A DNA stretch of 64,000 nt, from positions 1,280-65,279 of the forward strand of contig CAYFXH010000001.1 in the NCBI GenBank assembly GCA_964346905.1. Reading direction: 5' to 3'. The stretch is from an uncultured Desulfobacteraceae bacterium. Lineage in GTDB: Bacteria; Desulfobacterota; Syntrophobacteria; BM002. The position numbers and the translations under genes are program-made. Numbering within the stretch: position 1 is the stretch's first letter; each line of letters opens with the position of its first letter. The notes below the pieces were generated by a model. The model was not told where the DNA came from and searched no databases. It was given only the letters and a program-made list of their open reading frames with translations. Positions 29,262-38,499 of this stretch are shown piece by piece.

Positions 29262-29723
29262 ATGACTCATAAACTCAAGACTTCAGTCACAGTACCTTTG
29301 GGAATTTCCGAGGCTTTTGGTTTCTTCGCCGATGCCTCAAACTTGGAGAGGATTACCCCACCGGAGCTGTGTTTTCGTATCCTAACACCTCAACCCCCTG
29401 AAGTCACCGAAGGTACAGAGATCGATTATCGATTGACTCTCTACGGCGTGCCGCTCAGCTGGCGGGCGCGGATAACCAACTGGAATCCCCCTCACCGATT
29501 TGTCGATGAGCAGATTCAGGGACCGTATAAGCTGTGGGTCCACATGCATCGCTTCTATGAGCAGAATGGGGCCACCGCAATTGTAGACGAGGTCTGGTAC
29601 CAGCTACCCCTTTGGCCACTTGGGGAGATAGCTTATCCACTTGTTGCCGCCCAGCTCAAAAGGATATTTCGTTTCAGGAGAAAAGCCATAGGGGACGCAC
29701 TTGCTGTAAGATTCAATCTCTAA
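29262..29723 (+). CDS. SRPBCC-family ligand-binding protein
   Basis: 153 aa; no catalytic motifs; fold assignment from overall pattern only. Confidence 0.45.
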   Translation: MTHKLKTSVTVPLGISEAFGFFADASNLERITPPELCFRILTPQPPEVTEGTEIDYRLTLYGVPLSWRARITNWNPPHRFVDEQIQGPYKLWVHMHRFYEQNGATAIVDEVWYQLPLWPLGEIAYPLVAAQLKRIFRFRRKAIGDALAVRFNL

Positions 29724-29799
29724 CAGGCATGTTGAGAGAGAAAATTGCTACAGACAAAGTGAAGCTCCCCGACCAGAAGTCGGGGCTTCTAAAGCAGGT

Positions 29800-29990
29800 A
29801 TGCTCTAAAGCTGTGTCGCTTCGCCAGTCAACGTCCATCCGGGAACCACTCTATGTCATCCTGAGCCCCTCGTCAGGCTCAGAGCCTGCCCTGAGCCTGA
29901 CGAAGGGATAAACTCAGCGAAGAATCTCTCAGGATCCAGCGACTATGAGATTCTTCGTCGTCCCGCCATCGGCGGGACTCCTCAGAATGA
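29800..29990. repeat. Cluster of nested inverted repeats (gtcatcctgag/ctcagaatgac; cgtcaggctcag/ctgagcctgacg; cgaagaatctc/gagattcttcg)
   Basis: Three palindromic pairs seen directly in non-coding DNA after 29262..29723; possible structured RNA or REP-type element. Confidence 0.4.
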
Positions 29991-30252
29991 CAATGAGCCG
30001 TTTTTAAATGCAGACTAGCTATTTGAATTCTATTTCGTCACATTCTTGCCCGCCTGAGAGTCGGAGCACTCTGCGACATTCTCGCAAACGGTAGGTGGAC
30101 TCGGTTTCAGGGAAGAGGAGAATTCAGGAGTCAGTAGCCAGAATCCAGCAGGAAAAATACGAAAACAAATGCTTTACCTACTGACTCCTAGCTCCTGACT
30201 ACTGTATTTACGGCTCACCTTAGCTGGCGGATCCGAGAAAGGCCGTTCTCAT

Positions 30253-30750
30253 ATGACCACCTCCGATGGACGCGGTTATCAGGGGGATGCAAGAACCAAG
30301 AGAGGGAGTTTTATCCTTATGCTTGTTTTGACAATGATATTAATGCAGTGCTCGACAGATCAAACCATGAAGATTGGAGTCACCAACGGAAAGCTTTCAC
30401 CCTGCCCCACGTCTCCCAACTGTGTCTCTTCACTGGACACTGGCGCATCGCGTTATGTGGAACCACTGCACTACGAGGGTACATCGGCAGAGGCAAGAGA
30501 AACGCTCATTTCGGTGATTAATTCAATGAAGCGTTCTGAAATTGTCACCGTCGAACCCAACTACATTCATGCGACCTTTACATCGTTGCTTTTTCGCTTC
30601 GTTGACGATGTGGAGTTTGCCTTCGATGATGAGAACAAGATCATCCATCTGAGATCTGCATCAAGGACGGGTTACTCTGATCTTGGGGTGAATCGGAGAA
30701 GGGTGGAGAAAATTCGCAGCAGCTTTATGAGCTCTCCAACGCTAAAATAG
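30253..30750 (+). CDS. DUF1499-family protein
   Basis: 165 aa; SPCPTSPNCVSS ... DDVEFAFDDENKIIHLRSASRTGYSDLGVNRRRVEKIR matches the DUF1499 conserved C-terminal block; true start probably an internal Met (signal-like MLVLTMILMQCS). Confidence 0.6.
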   Translation: MTTSDGRGYQGDARTKRGSFILMLVLTMILMQCSTDQTMKIGVTNGKLSPCPTSPNCVSSLDTGASRYVEPLHYEGTSAEARETLISVINSMKRSEIVTVEPNYIHATFTSLLFRFVDDVEFAFDDENKIIHLRSASRTGYSDLGVNRRRVEKIRSSFMSSPTLK

Positions 30751-30775
30751 CCGCACATGTGGGGAGTATATATAC

Positions 30776-31285
30776 TTAAAGCCAGGACAATATTCCTTGA
30801 ATATGTTTGCTTATTCCAATTGCCATGTAAACATACAGAAGGCAAAGTCTAACTTCTGTGTCTATCTCCTCCCCCTTAAAGAATCTCCATGATTCTATGA
30901 GTATATAGGAAAATCCTAGCAGTACTGCCAGTTGAAGGGCTTCTATTCCTTGAACCCGTATAAGGCCTTCTGGTATTCCGTATTCCTGCATCATAAAAGA
31001 AGTAAATAGATGGGATTCTTCATGAGGACCTCCTATATTTTTTAGGGTGAAGCCAGCGTCCAGGGCTGTAGAAGCCATATACGCCCCCAAAAATGAAATG
31101 TCGGTAATCTTCAGGTATTTCTTTAATTTACTTAGATATTTATTTCTAAACTCAAGATATGCTTTCTCTATTTTCGTATGCAAACGGAAGACCTTACGTC
31201 CAGACCGCAATAGTTCTGTCTGAAACGTAGTATAAATGGTGAATGGACTACCAGTAGGGAAAGTCATAGGGTTCTCGTGTGCCAA
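30776..31285 (-). CDS. Hypothetical protein with HExxH motif, in AT-rich segment
   Basis: 169 aa; GGPHEESHLF contains HEESH; local GC visibly lower than flanks. Confidence 0.4.
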   Translation of the reverse strand: MAHENPMTFPTGSPFTIYTTFQTELLRSGRKVFRLHTKIEKAYLEFRNKYLSKLKKYLKITDISFLGAYMASTALDAGFTLKNIGGPHEESHLFTSFMMQEYGIPEGLIRVQGIEALQLAVLLGFSYILIESWRFFKGEEIDTEVRLCLLYVYMAIGISKHIQGILSWL

Positions 31286-31556
31286 AAAATCCGGCTAGAA
31301 AGGAAATTGCAGAGGTAACCTTTTCTCTTAGACAAAAAACATACCAACTCCAGTGTTTATGAAAATTCCTAATCTTAACGATTATTTAGCTAAGACTACC
31401 AAGGGAATCGCAGCAAAAAGATTGGCAATAAAATCCATAGATTTGGAAAAATCATTCTACTAGTTAGCACTATGATGGCTTGAATGAAACGGGCGAAAAT
31501 CGACTTGCGGGTATACATAGGGGACGTTGTTTACAAAGGGCTTTTAATTCTCTTCT

Positions 31557-32024
31557 TCAAATTTCTTCCATCGCTTCGTATGCGCCCTTTAGCCTGTCTC
31601 GAAGTAAGAAGCAGAGTCTTTCCAAGATAGTAAATCCAAGCTCATTGTTATCAAGCATCATCTGTCTGAGGTCCGGACCCTTAATGACCAAGACTCTTGT
31701 TGGTTTTTGACAGACGGCCGAGGACATGAGGGTATGCTTTTCATTGAGAAGTGTGGACCAGCAGCCAAAAACCCTTCCTTTCCTGATCATTCCTATAAAG
31801 ACACTTCCCGTGCGCATGCCCAGATCCACAGATCTTTCCAAAAAGACATGGCCTTCAGCAACGAGATAGATCTGATCTCCCGAATCACCTTGACGAAAAA
31901 TGTGATCGCCGGTGGCATAGGCTTCCATCCGAGACAGATTTGTGATTTTCTCAATGTTATCTTTGTGAAACCCCTTGAAAAATTCACAGCTTTCTAAGAG
32001 ACGGATAATCTCTGAACGATCCAT
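31557..32024 (-). CDS. Stand-alone cyclic-nucleotide-binding domain protein
   Basis: 155 aa; FFKGFHKDNIEKI...GDHIFRQGDSGDQIYLVAEGHVFL...RTGSVFIGMI cNMP-binding fold without an output domain. Confidence 0.65.
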   Translation of the reverse strand: MDRSEIIRLLESCEFFKGFHKDNIEKITNLSRMEAYATGDHIFRQGDSGDQIYLVAEGHVFLERSVDLGMRTGSVFIGMIRKGRVFGCWSTLLNEKHTLMSSAVCQKPTRVLVIKGPDLRQMMLDNNELGFTILERLCFLLRDRLKGAYEAMEEI

Positions 32025-32527
32025 GAGCGATCCTTTCGATTTCTATGGGATGTATGCTGGAGCATATCGCGTATAAATGCTGGGTTTACTTGTGTTGTTT
32101 TGCTTCCCTTCTCACATCTTCATGTAAAAAGATAGACCTAACTCTCCCGGTGGGTGACACCTTTGCCTGTTTCAATATGTATTTCCCTTGCTGAGTCGGA
32201 TGCACGTCACCATGGAAGCTGCCCGCACAGAATGGACCGCAATTCATGGTCGCGTCGACTGATTATTGAGAGCAGTTCTTAGACCAGGATATACTCGATT
32301 CAAAAAGTCCGTCAATCCGAAAAACCACCACCTGAGTTTGCATCCAGAGGAGGAGGGGACCAGCGTAGGATACTCAACGCTCAAAAGACAATATTGGTAG
32401 ACGTTAGAATGGCAAAAAAGGTTTTGTATAAATCCTACTTGAATAGTGGGAAAATAGGGTTATGATAATAGCTGGGAATTTCAGGACCAAGACATTTCCC
32501 TCTAAAATGAATAGAGGAGGTTTTACC

Positions 32528-32656
32528 ATGGAAAAAGATGTGACCCTAAGCTGTCCCGATGGCTATGAATTGACCTGTATGAGGGACCGCAAGTCAGATA
32601 AGTGTTGCTACTGTTGCGTGAGCATAGTTTCACCCATACGGAAGTCCTCGACTTAG
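32528..32656 (+). CDS. Small Cys-rich peptide (42 aa: MEKDVTLSCPDGYELTCMRDRKSDKCCYCCVSIVSPIRKSST)
   Basis: Internal Met23 of ORF 32462..32656 preceded by AGAGGAGG RBS 7 nt upstream; 7 Cys including a CCYCC run. Confidence 0.35.
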   Translation: MEKDVTLSCPDGYELTCMRDRKSDKCCYCCVSIVSPIRKSST

Positions 32657-33131
32657 TTCCCTGCTCTCCAGCAATCACCTACAGGTCTTTCGGAATAAGT
32701 CCACAACCAACCAATCCATTCTAGGCGGAGTGTTTTACTCCGCCTAGAGCCAGCCCGTACTCCAAGAATAAGGTTATCAATTTGCGTTGACCTGAGGGAG
32801 CTCAGCAACATGTCGAATCGTTTGTACGGACAAGTGGCAAACGGCAAGAGGGATGCTAAGAATTGCATGTATGCAATCGGTTAGCCAATTTTAGCCTGGG
32901 CTACATTGTTGGCTAACGACGCTGCTCCCTTCACTGTTCTCGAAAAAACACTTGAAATCGGACGAGAAGCCGTGCACTAATTGTATTTATCCAGGAAAAT
33001 TGCCAAGCATGGCCGGCGGACTACTGGCTGTTCCTCCAGGGAGTGCTCTATTGTTAGTCCTGGTGGAGTGCAGGTGTTCGCAAATGGACCACGTGCATTG
33101 CCACAAGAGAGGCGCGAAAAGGAGGTCTACC

Positions 33132-33347
33132 ATGGCGATATCAGGAAAATATGGCAAAATAGACATTCCGAAAATAGGCGAAGAGGAACCGGTATTTATC
33201 TTGCGGGCCCAGGACAGGCTTGCTGATGGGATCATCGAAATATACAAAGTCATAACCTCTATGCACGGGTCTGGACTTGGTGAAGAGCTCGACAAGGAGA
33301 TAGATCGTTTCCGCAGCTGGAGCGGCCAGAAGAAGATGCCAGATTAA
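33132..33347 (+). CDS. Hypothetical small protein (71 aa)
   Basis: Internal Met of ORF 32952..33347 with AAGGAGG RBS 6 nt upstream; no recognisable domain. Confidence 0.35.
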   Translation: MAISGKYGKIDIPKIGEEEPVFILRAQDRLADGIIEIYKVITSMHGSGLGEELDKEIDRFRSWSGQKKMPD

Positions 33348-33524
33348 ACGAGATAGTCATACAATTCTCGGTTCTCAGAGGGAGAATTGCACAATTTCAA
33401 CATCTTCTCTGTTTTCCGTTCATGGATGAGATAGAGGTGAGAGCATCTAGTCTATATCCTCGATACGGTACGTATGTTTCGGTCCATTGTCGGAATTTTC
33501 TGCCCAGCAAGAAAGGAAAGCAAC

Positions 33525-33815
33525 ATGGTGTTTGAACGGTATTATCTAGACTTGTTTGAGATGCTTAATTCAGCCTGCAAAAAGATTGCGCGTGGTAACT
33601 ATGAAAAATCAGATGCCGATAAATTATTTGAACTTGCAAAAACGGGCAGATATCCGAGTCTCCTGGTAGAATTGGCCGAATCATTTGGAATGATGCTGGT
33701 CAAAGTTGAGGCCAGAGAATTTGAACGCTCGCAGATCATCGAAGAACTCGAAAAGGCCAAAGCCAAGCTTGAGGACTATTCACAGAAATTGGAAAAACAG
33801 ATTGAGGAGTGCTGA
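33525..33815 (+). CDS. Hypothetical coiled-coil protein (96 aa)
   Basis: Met18 of ORF 33474..33815; C-terminal EELEKAKAKLEDYSQKLEKQIEE heptad-like segment; no known domain. Confidence 0.3.
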   Translation: MVFERYYLDLFEMLNSACKKIARGNYEKSDADKLFELAKTGRYPSLLVELAESFGMMLVKVEAREFERSQIIEELEKAKAKLEDYSQKLEKQIEEC

Positions 33816-33885
33816 ATAAACAGAGACACGGTCACGCAACTATACGTTTTTAGGGGGAGAATTGCATGACCGTCCACCTTTTCCG

Positions 33886-34593
33886 CTACTTATCTGGCGG
33901 TCTGAGTTTCATCCCGAAAATCAACACCAACGCTATGCCAATTATACCGTAAAGCCCAATATTGCTTATTTCTTCCGGGCTGGGATATCGTTTGTTGGGA
34001 TAACGCCAGAGGACGATTCTGGGGTCTAATTCCACCGACTTTCTGTAATCTGCAAGGGCACGTTTGGTCTGGCCGAGCTTCCAGTAGACCTTGTACCTGG
34101 TTTTATAGGCGTCTGCCTTACTTCGCGGAATGCCTTTACGCTGGGTCGCTCGAGTAGCATCTCGGATGGCTTCCTGGTCCTTGCCCATCAGCCGATACGT
34201 TTCAGCTCTGTTGGCGTAAGCTTGGGCTTGCTCCGGTTCCATCTCGATGGCACGGCTGAAGTAATGAAGAGCCGGTTCATAGCTTCCCTTGTTTAGATAG
34301 CCCATTCCAACCATCCTGTAGGCCTCGGCTTTTGCAGGACCGATCTCAAGGTAGCTCAGAAAGTCTTGAATGACTTTTTCATAGTTCTCTTGAAAATAAT
34401 AAAGCCTTCCTCGTCTTTCGTAAGCCTCTGCCCAGCTGGGATTTAGCTCCAAAGCCTTGGTGAAATATTCGATCTTTTTGCGGGTGACGGAGCTCTCGAG
34501 TCCGAGGTTAAAATATGTCATGGCATCTTCGCTGTGGGCGGGGGTGGCACCCAGCAAAATAACTAACGCAAGGAATAGAAACCTTTTTCTCAT
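33886..34593 (-). CDS. TPR-repeat protein with signal peptide and C-terminal membrane anchor
   Basis: Start Met19 (AAGAGGA RBS). Signal MRKRFLFLALVILLGATPAHS, five TPR units (AEAYERRGRLYY, AEAYRMVGMGYL, AQAYANRAETY...), C-terminal hydrophobic helix. Confidence 0.65.
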   Translation of the reverse strand: MRKRFLFLALVILLGATPAHSEDAMTYFNLGLESSVTRKKIEYFTKALELNPSWAEAYERRGRLYYFQENYEKVIQDFLSYLEIGPAKAEAYRMVGMGYLNKGSYEPALHYFSRAIEMEPEQAQAYANRAETYRLMGKDQEAIRDATRATQRKGIPRSKADAYKTRYKVYWKLGQTKRALADYRKSVELDPRIVLWRYPNKRYPSPEEISNIGLYGIIGIALVLIFGMKLRPPDK

Positions 34594-34936
34594 TTTTTCC
34601 TCTTTCTTGCTACACTCGCTAACACCAACACGCAACAAAGGCACCATCTCACAACCATCCGCACCTCTATTACCGCTCTGGAGTTGTGGGCCATCTAAGG
34701 TTCATCGTATCTGCCTGATGAACAACCTGGACCCTGGTTAAACTAAACATCCAAAATGGGAAGCGCAAGTATCAGCTGCTTTTTTGCTACACGAAAGGAC
34801 AGACTGTTTGCAAGGGTGCATGCAATTGACTCCGGTGACCGAGCTGGTTACCATTCAGAGCTTAAATAGTCACATCTCCTGGTGACTACAAGAGAGCATT
34901 TGAAGGTCCGCTTAATCCGTTGCCAACTCGACGGGG

Positions 34937-35416
34937 ATGGATACACATCTATTCTTGCAAACTTTTCATTCTCGTAAACGCATGTCTGTGATGTTTGAAT
35001 GTATTCAGCTTATATCCGTTCTGTATCTTTGTGGATTAATATGGACGGTTCAGCTGGTGCACTATCCCAGCTTTCGCTACGTGAACGGTGGTGAATTCTC
35101 TCAGTTTCACGAACATCATTTTAAGAAAATCTCCATCGTTGTTATTCCGGCCATGATAACAGAGGCAGTTTCGGGTTCTTATCTTCTGTTTGCAAAACCC
35201 TCGTATGGCAATGCCTTACATTTCTTTCTATTCAGTATTTTGCTAATCATATGGCTCAGTACTTTTCTCATCCAAGTACCGCTTCACAGGAAATTGAAAG
35301 AAGGTAAGAATCTGGAGAAAATAAAGACCCTTGTAGCAACAAATTGGATTAGAACGTGTGGGTGGAGTTTGAGGTCGATAGTTCTCTCCGCATTGTACGT
35401 ATCAAGCGGTATATAA
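34937..35416 (+). CDS. Hypothetical integral membrane protein (4 predicted TM helices)
   Basis: 159 aa hydrophobic segments; no motif recognised. Confidence 0.4.
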   Translation: MDTHLFLQTFHSRKRMSVMFECIQLISVLYLCGLIWTVQLVHYPSFRYVNGGEFSQFHEHHFKKISIVVIPAMITEAVSGSYLLFAKPSYGNALHFFLFSILLIIWLSTFLIQVPLHRKLKEGKNLEKIKTLVATNWIRTCGWSLRSIVLSALYVSSGI

Positions 35417-35498
35417 CGAAATAGATCGGATAATTTTAAGACTGTAATAGATAACCACCAAGATATTTATTTGAATTGATTAGAAGAAAGGCAACAAA

Positions 35499-35927
35499 AT
35501 GAATGAAAAAACTGATATCATGAAAATATTTGATTACGACACGAATTTTCAAGCCATAATGAGGTATTTGCTGGAGAATGCAATGGAACACTCTTTCGAC
35601 GCGATTATGATAACAAAGGCAGAACCCGGCTACCCGGTTATTTATATCAACGATGCCTTTACCGTACTCACTGGCTACAGCGCCGAGGAGATAATCGGTA
35701 AGTCACCAGCTGTTTTGCAAGGGCCCAAGACGGATCGTGCTGTATTGGATCGACTGGAGCGAGAATTATCAGAGGGTCGGCTTTTCCACGGTGAAGCGAT
35801 TAATTATCGCAAAGATGGTTCTGAATTTGTGATGGAGTGGAAGATCGTCCCCATCAAAAACAAAAGAGAAGAAACCTCCCATTATCTTGCCATTCAACGA
35901 GACGTTACCAAGTTGAGAAATCATTAG
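35499..35927 (+). CDS. Stand-alone PAS domain protein, LOV-like but lacking the adduct-forming cysteine
   Basis: 142 aa; DAIMITKAEPGYPVIYINDAFTVLTGYSAEEIIGKSPAVLQGPKTD aligns to the LOV core (GKNCRFLQGPETD), with the Cys position occupied by Pro. Confidence 0.6.
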   Translation: MNEKTDIMKIFDYDTNFQAIMRYLLENAMEHSFDAIMITKAEPGYPVIYINDAFTVLTGYSAEEIIGKSPAVLQGPKTDRAVLDRLERELSEGRLFHGEAINYRKDGSEFVMEWKIVPIKNKREETSHYLAIQRDVTKLRNH

Positions 35928-35935
35928 GTAAATGC

Positions 35936-37042
35936 ATGGAAGACGAACTGAGACAAGTTTTAAGTTACTATGACCTGGGTGAACCCAGAAGCATTCAACG
36001 GGTCGAGTGTGGCTTTGTCAACGACAACTGGGTGCTTGAAACAACCCGTGGACAATACTTTTTGAAGCGCCGCCATACTGACTTGCGAAATCCAGAAGTT
36101 ATCTGCTTCCAGCATGACCTCATGCAGCATCTCAGGCAGGCGGAATTCCCGGCTCCAGCCATTCTGCCCACCATAAGCGGAGAAACTTTTTTGGTGCATG
36201 CTGGCGAGTTCTACGAGATTCAGGAGTATATCAACGGGGCACCATGCGAACACTTTTCTCCACCGCATATACACGTAGCCGCTCTGATGCTTGGCCACTA
36301 CCATGCTTGCGTTCGGGACTTCGTCCCCAGACCCCTGTGTGATTTTGGGGATCTCTACAGTCCTGCTATCCTCATAAACAACCTGACCAGACTATCGGAG
36401 GCTTGGGCCCTCCATCGGGACCCTACCCTGAGGCAAATTGTCCATCAGTTGGAGACCCAGGCGGAAGAACTAGCGGCTCTTTTCACCGAGCATGGAGAGC
36501 TCCCCCATCTGGTAATCCACGGTGACTATCACGCGGGCAACCTTCTGTTCCAAGGTGACCGTATCATTGGAGTGGTCGACTATGACAAGTCTTGCTACCA
36601 GCCTCGGGTTGTAGAGTTGGCCGAAGCCTTGATTTACTTTGCCTCGACCCGGCCAGGTCATCTAAAGCACCTGGTGTATCTCGGTTTTCTTGAGTGGGGT
36701 ACGTTCATGACATTCATGTACCATTATGGTTGTGGACTCAGCTCCTTTGCCAAGGAACCTGTCCAGTACGACCACCGTCCGGAGGCAGATCGGCCCAGCG
36801 ATCTAGCCTGTCAGGCTGGGGACGTTTTTCTCAAGGCAAACGAAGTGTACGCCCTGCCGGACTACATCCGTTGCATCTGGCTTTCGGTCTCGCTCCAACG
36901 GCTGTTGGAAAAAACCTCCCGCTCACCAGTAGCTCTGGAAGCCCTGCGAGAGGTACTGGCACTGGGGCAATGGGCCGCCACCAATAGGGAACGGATTATC
37001 CACTCCGCGCTAGAAAAAATATCTGACGTGGCAGAGCGTTAG
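35936..37042 (+). CDS. Phosphotransferase-family (APH/choline-kinase-like) protein
   Basis: Start Met34 of ORF 35837..37042, 8 nt after the PAS stop. Brenner motif VIHGDYHAGNLLF and DYD catalytic/metal motif. Confidence 0.7.
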   Translation: MEDELRQVLSYYDLGEPRSIQRVECGFVNDNWVLETTRGQYFLKRRHTDLRNPEVICFQHDLMQHLRQAEFPAPAILPTISGETFLVHAGEFYEIQEYINGAPCEHFSPPHIHVAALMLGHYHACVRDFVPRPLCDFGDLYSPAILINNLTRLSEAWALHRDPTLRQIVHQLETQAEELAALFTEHGELPHLVIHGDYHAGNLLFQGDRIIGVVDYDKSCYQPRVVELAEALIYFASTRPGHLKHLVYLGFLEWGTFMTFMYHYGCGLSSFAKEPVQYDHRPEADRPSDLACQAGDVFLKANEVYALPDYIRCIWLSVSLQRLLEKTSRSPVALEALREVLALGQWAATNRERIIHSALEKISDVAER

Positions 37043-37091
37043 ACAGGCAACGGTTAGGCTGCATCTGCCTGCACCTGTTCAAGGAGTAGCC

Positions 37092-37691
37092 ATGATAAAA
37101 GCTATCATTTTCGATTTCGGCCGGGTCATCTCGACCCAAAAGCCGCCATCCCTCTTCAGCGGCTATGAAAAGGATTTGGGACTCCCCCCCGGAACGCTCA
37201 ACCCTATTATGTTCGCTAGCCGGGCCTGGCAAGATACCTTGATTGGCCACAAGACCATTGAAGAGTTCTGGGACGAAATTGGGCCCAAGCTTGGACTGAA
37301 TACTCCCGAGGAAATTGAGGAGTTCCGCCGTCGGTACCGGGCTGATGAAGCGGTTAACGAGGGTGTGCTGAATCTACTCCATCGGCTGCACGGCCATTAC
37401 AAGCTGGCGGTACTCTCCAATGCACCGCCTGGCCTGGGCCAATGGCTGGGCGACTGGGGGATGCTCCATCTGTTCGATGTGCTGTTCTGCTCCGGAGACG
37501 AAGGCGTGGTAAAGCCAGAGCCGGCTGCTTTTACTATCACCCTAGAACGACTCGGCGTGGAGCCCAATGAAGCAGTGTTCATTGACGATACACTGGAACA
37601 CGTGGAGGCAGCCAGGACACTGGGGCTGCACGGAATACTGTTCACCACCGCAGAAGCTCTGGAGGCGGAATTAGATGGCTTACTTGCTTGA
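37092..37691 (+). CDS. HAD-superfamily hydrolase (subfamily IA)
   Basis: 199 aa; motif I IKAIIFDFGRV (DxD-type), SNAPP motif II, GDE...D motif IV region. Confidence 0.75.
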   Translation: MIKAIIFDFGRVISTQKPPSLFSGYEKDLGLPPGTLNPIMFASRAWQDTLIGHKTIEEFWDEIGPKLGLNTPEEIEEFRRRYRADEAVNEGVLNLLHRLHGHYKLAVLSNAPPGLGQWLGDWGMLHLFDVLFCSGDEGVVKPEPAAFTITLERLGVEPNEAVFIDDTLEHVEAARTLGLHGILFTTAEALEAELDGLLA

Positions 37692-37712
37692 AGACCAGAT
37701 GAGGGAGGAAAG

Positions 37713-38363
37713 ATGGCGACCGTTGTGAGCAATGACCACATTAAAATTGATCGGTTAGAATTGGGGCCGTTCGGCACTAATGGGTACATCTTAACCTGCC
37801 AAAAGACACAAGAGAGTGTGGTGATTGACGCCCCCGGCCAAGTCGACAGAGTCCTGGAAGCGCTGGAGGATACACACCCCCAATACATCCTAATTACTCA
37901 TGACCATTTTGATCATGTGGGTGGTCTTTCCCGGTTGAAATCAGCCTTGAACGTTCCCGTCGCTGCCCACCCTGCAGATGGTGACGGGCTTCCCCTACCT
38001 GCGGATATTCTCCTACATGACGGTGAGGTACTATCCTTTGGAGCCAGAGAGCTTACGGTGTTGCACACACCGGGCCACACTCTGGGAAGCATATGCTTGC
38101 TGACCGGGAATTACTTGATTGCGGGGGATACGTTATTTCCGGGAGGTCCGGGTAAAACCCAATCACCCGCAGACTTCCGGCAGATTATTGAATCCATAAC
38201 CCAGAAGATTTTCACATTGCCGGACAACACCCACGTGTATCCCGGACACGGGGAAGCAACAACGGTCAAGGAGGCAAAAAAACAGTACGAGGTTTTCTCA
38301 ACCCGACCGCACGATCCGGATCTTTGCGGGGATGTGGTTTGGGATAAATCGCAGAGCGCATAG
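37713..38363 (+). CDS. MBL-fold metallo-hydrolase
   Basis: 216 aa; ITHDHFDHVGG (HxHxDH) and downstream His/Asp ligands. Confidence 0.8.
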   Translation: MATVVSNDHIKIDRLELGPFGTNGYILTCQKTQESVVIDAPGQVDRVLEALEDTHPQYILITHDHFDHVGGLSRLKSALNVPVAAHPADGDGLPLPADILLHDGEVLSFGARELTVLHTPGHTLGSICLLTGNYLIAGDTLFPGGPGKTQSPADFRQIIESITQKIFTLPDNTHVYPGHGEATTVKEAKKQYEVFSTRPHDPDLCGDVVWDKSQSA

Positions 38364-38498
38364 CGCAGAGCGTATATTCAAAAACTGCAAAGTTATTTTA
38401 AATATCGCAAACAAATGCTAGTCGTTGAATTTACCAGAATGATTTTAGTCTAGCCGTTTTTCTAAACGCTATGCGCTTTGCGCTCTGCGCTATGCGAG
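38350..38498. repeat. Inverted heptamer repeat (cgcagagcgcatagcgcagagcg ... cgctatgcgctttgcgctctgcgctatgcg) bracketing the convergent gene ends
   Basis: Arms at 38350-38373 and 38467-38498 are near-perfect reverse complements; candidate bidirectional terminator/REP element. Confidence 0.5.
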
Positions 38499-38499
38499 C

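Noticed and set aside
35837-35935. N-terminal 33-aa extension of the APH-like ORF
   Set aside because: Overlaps the PAS gene in another frame; internal Met34 starts 8 nt after the PAS stop and begins the conserved region.
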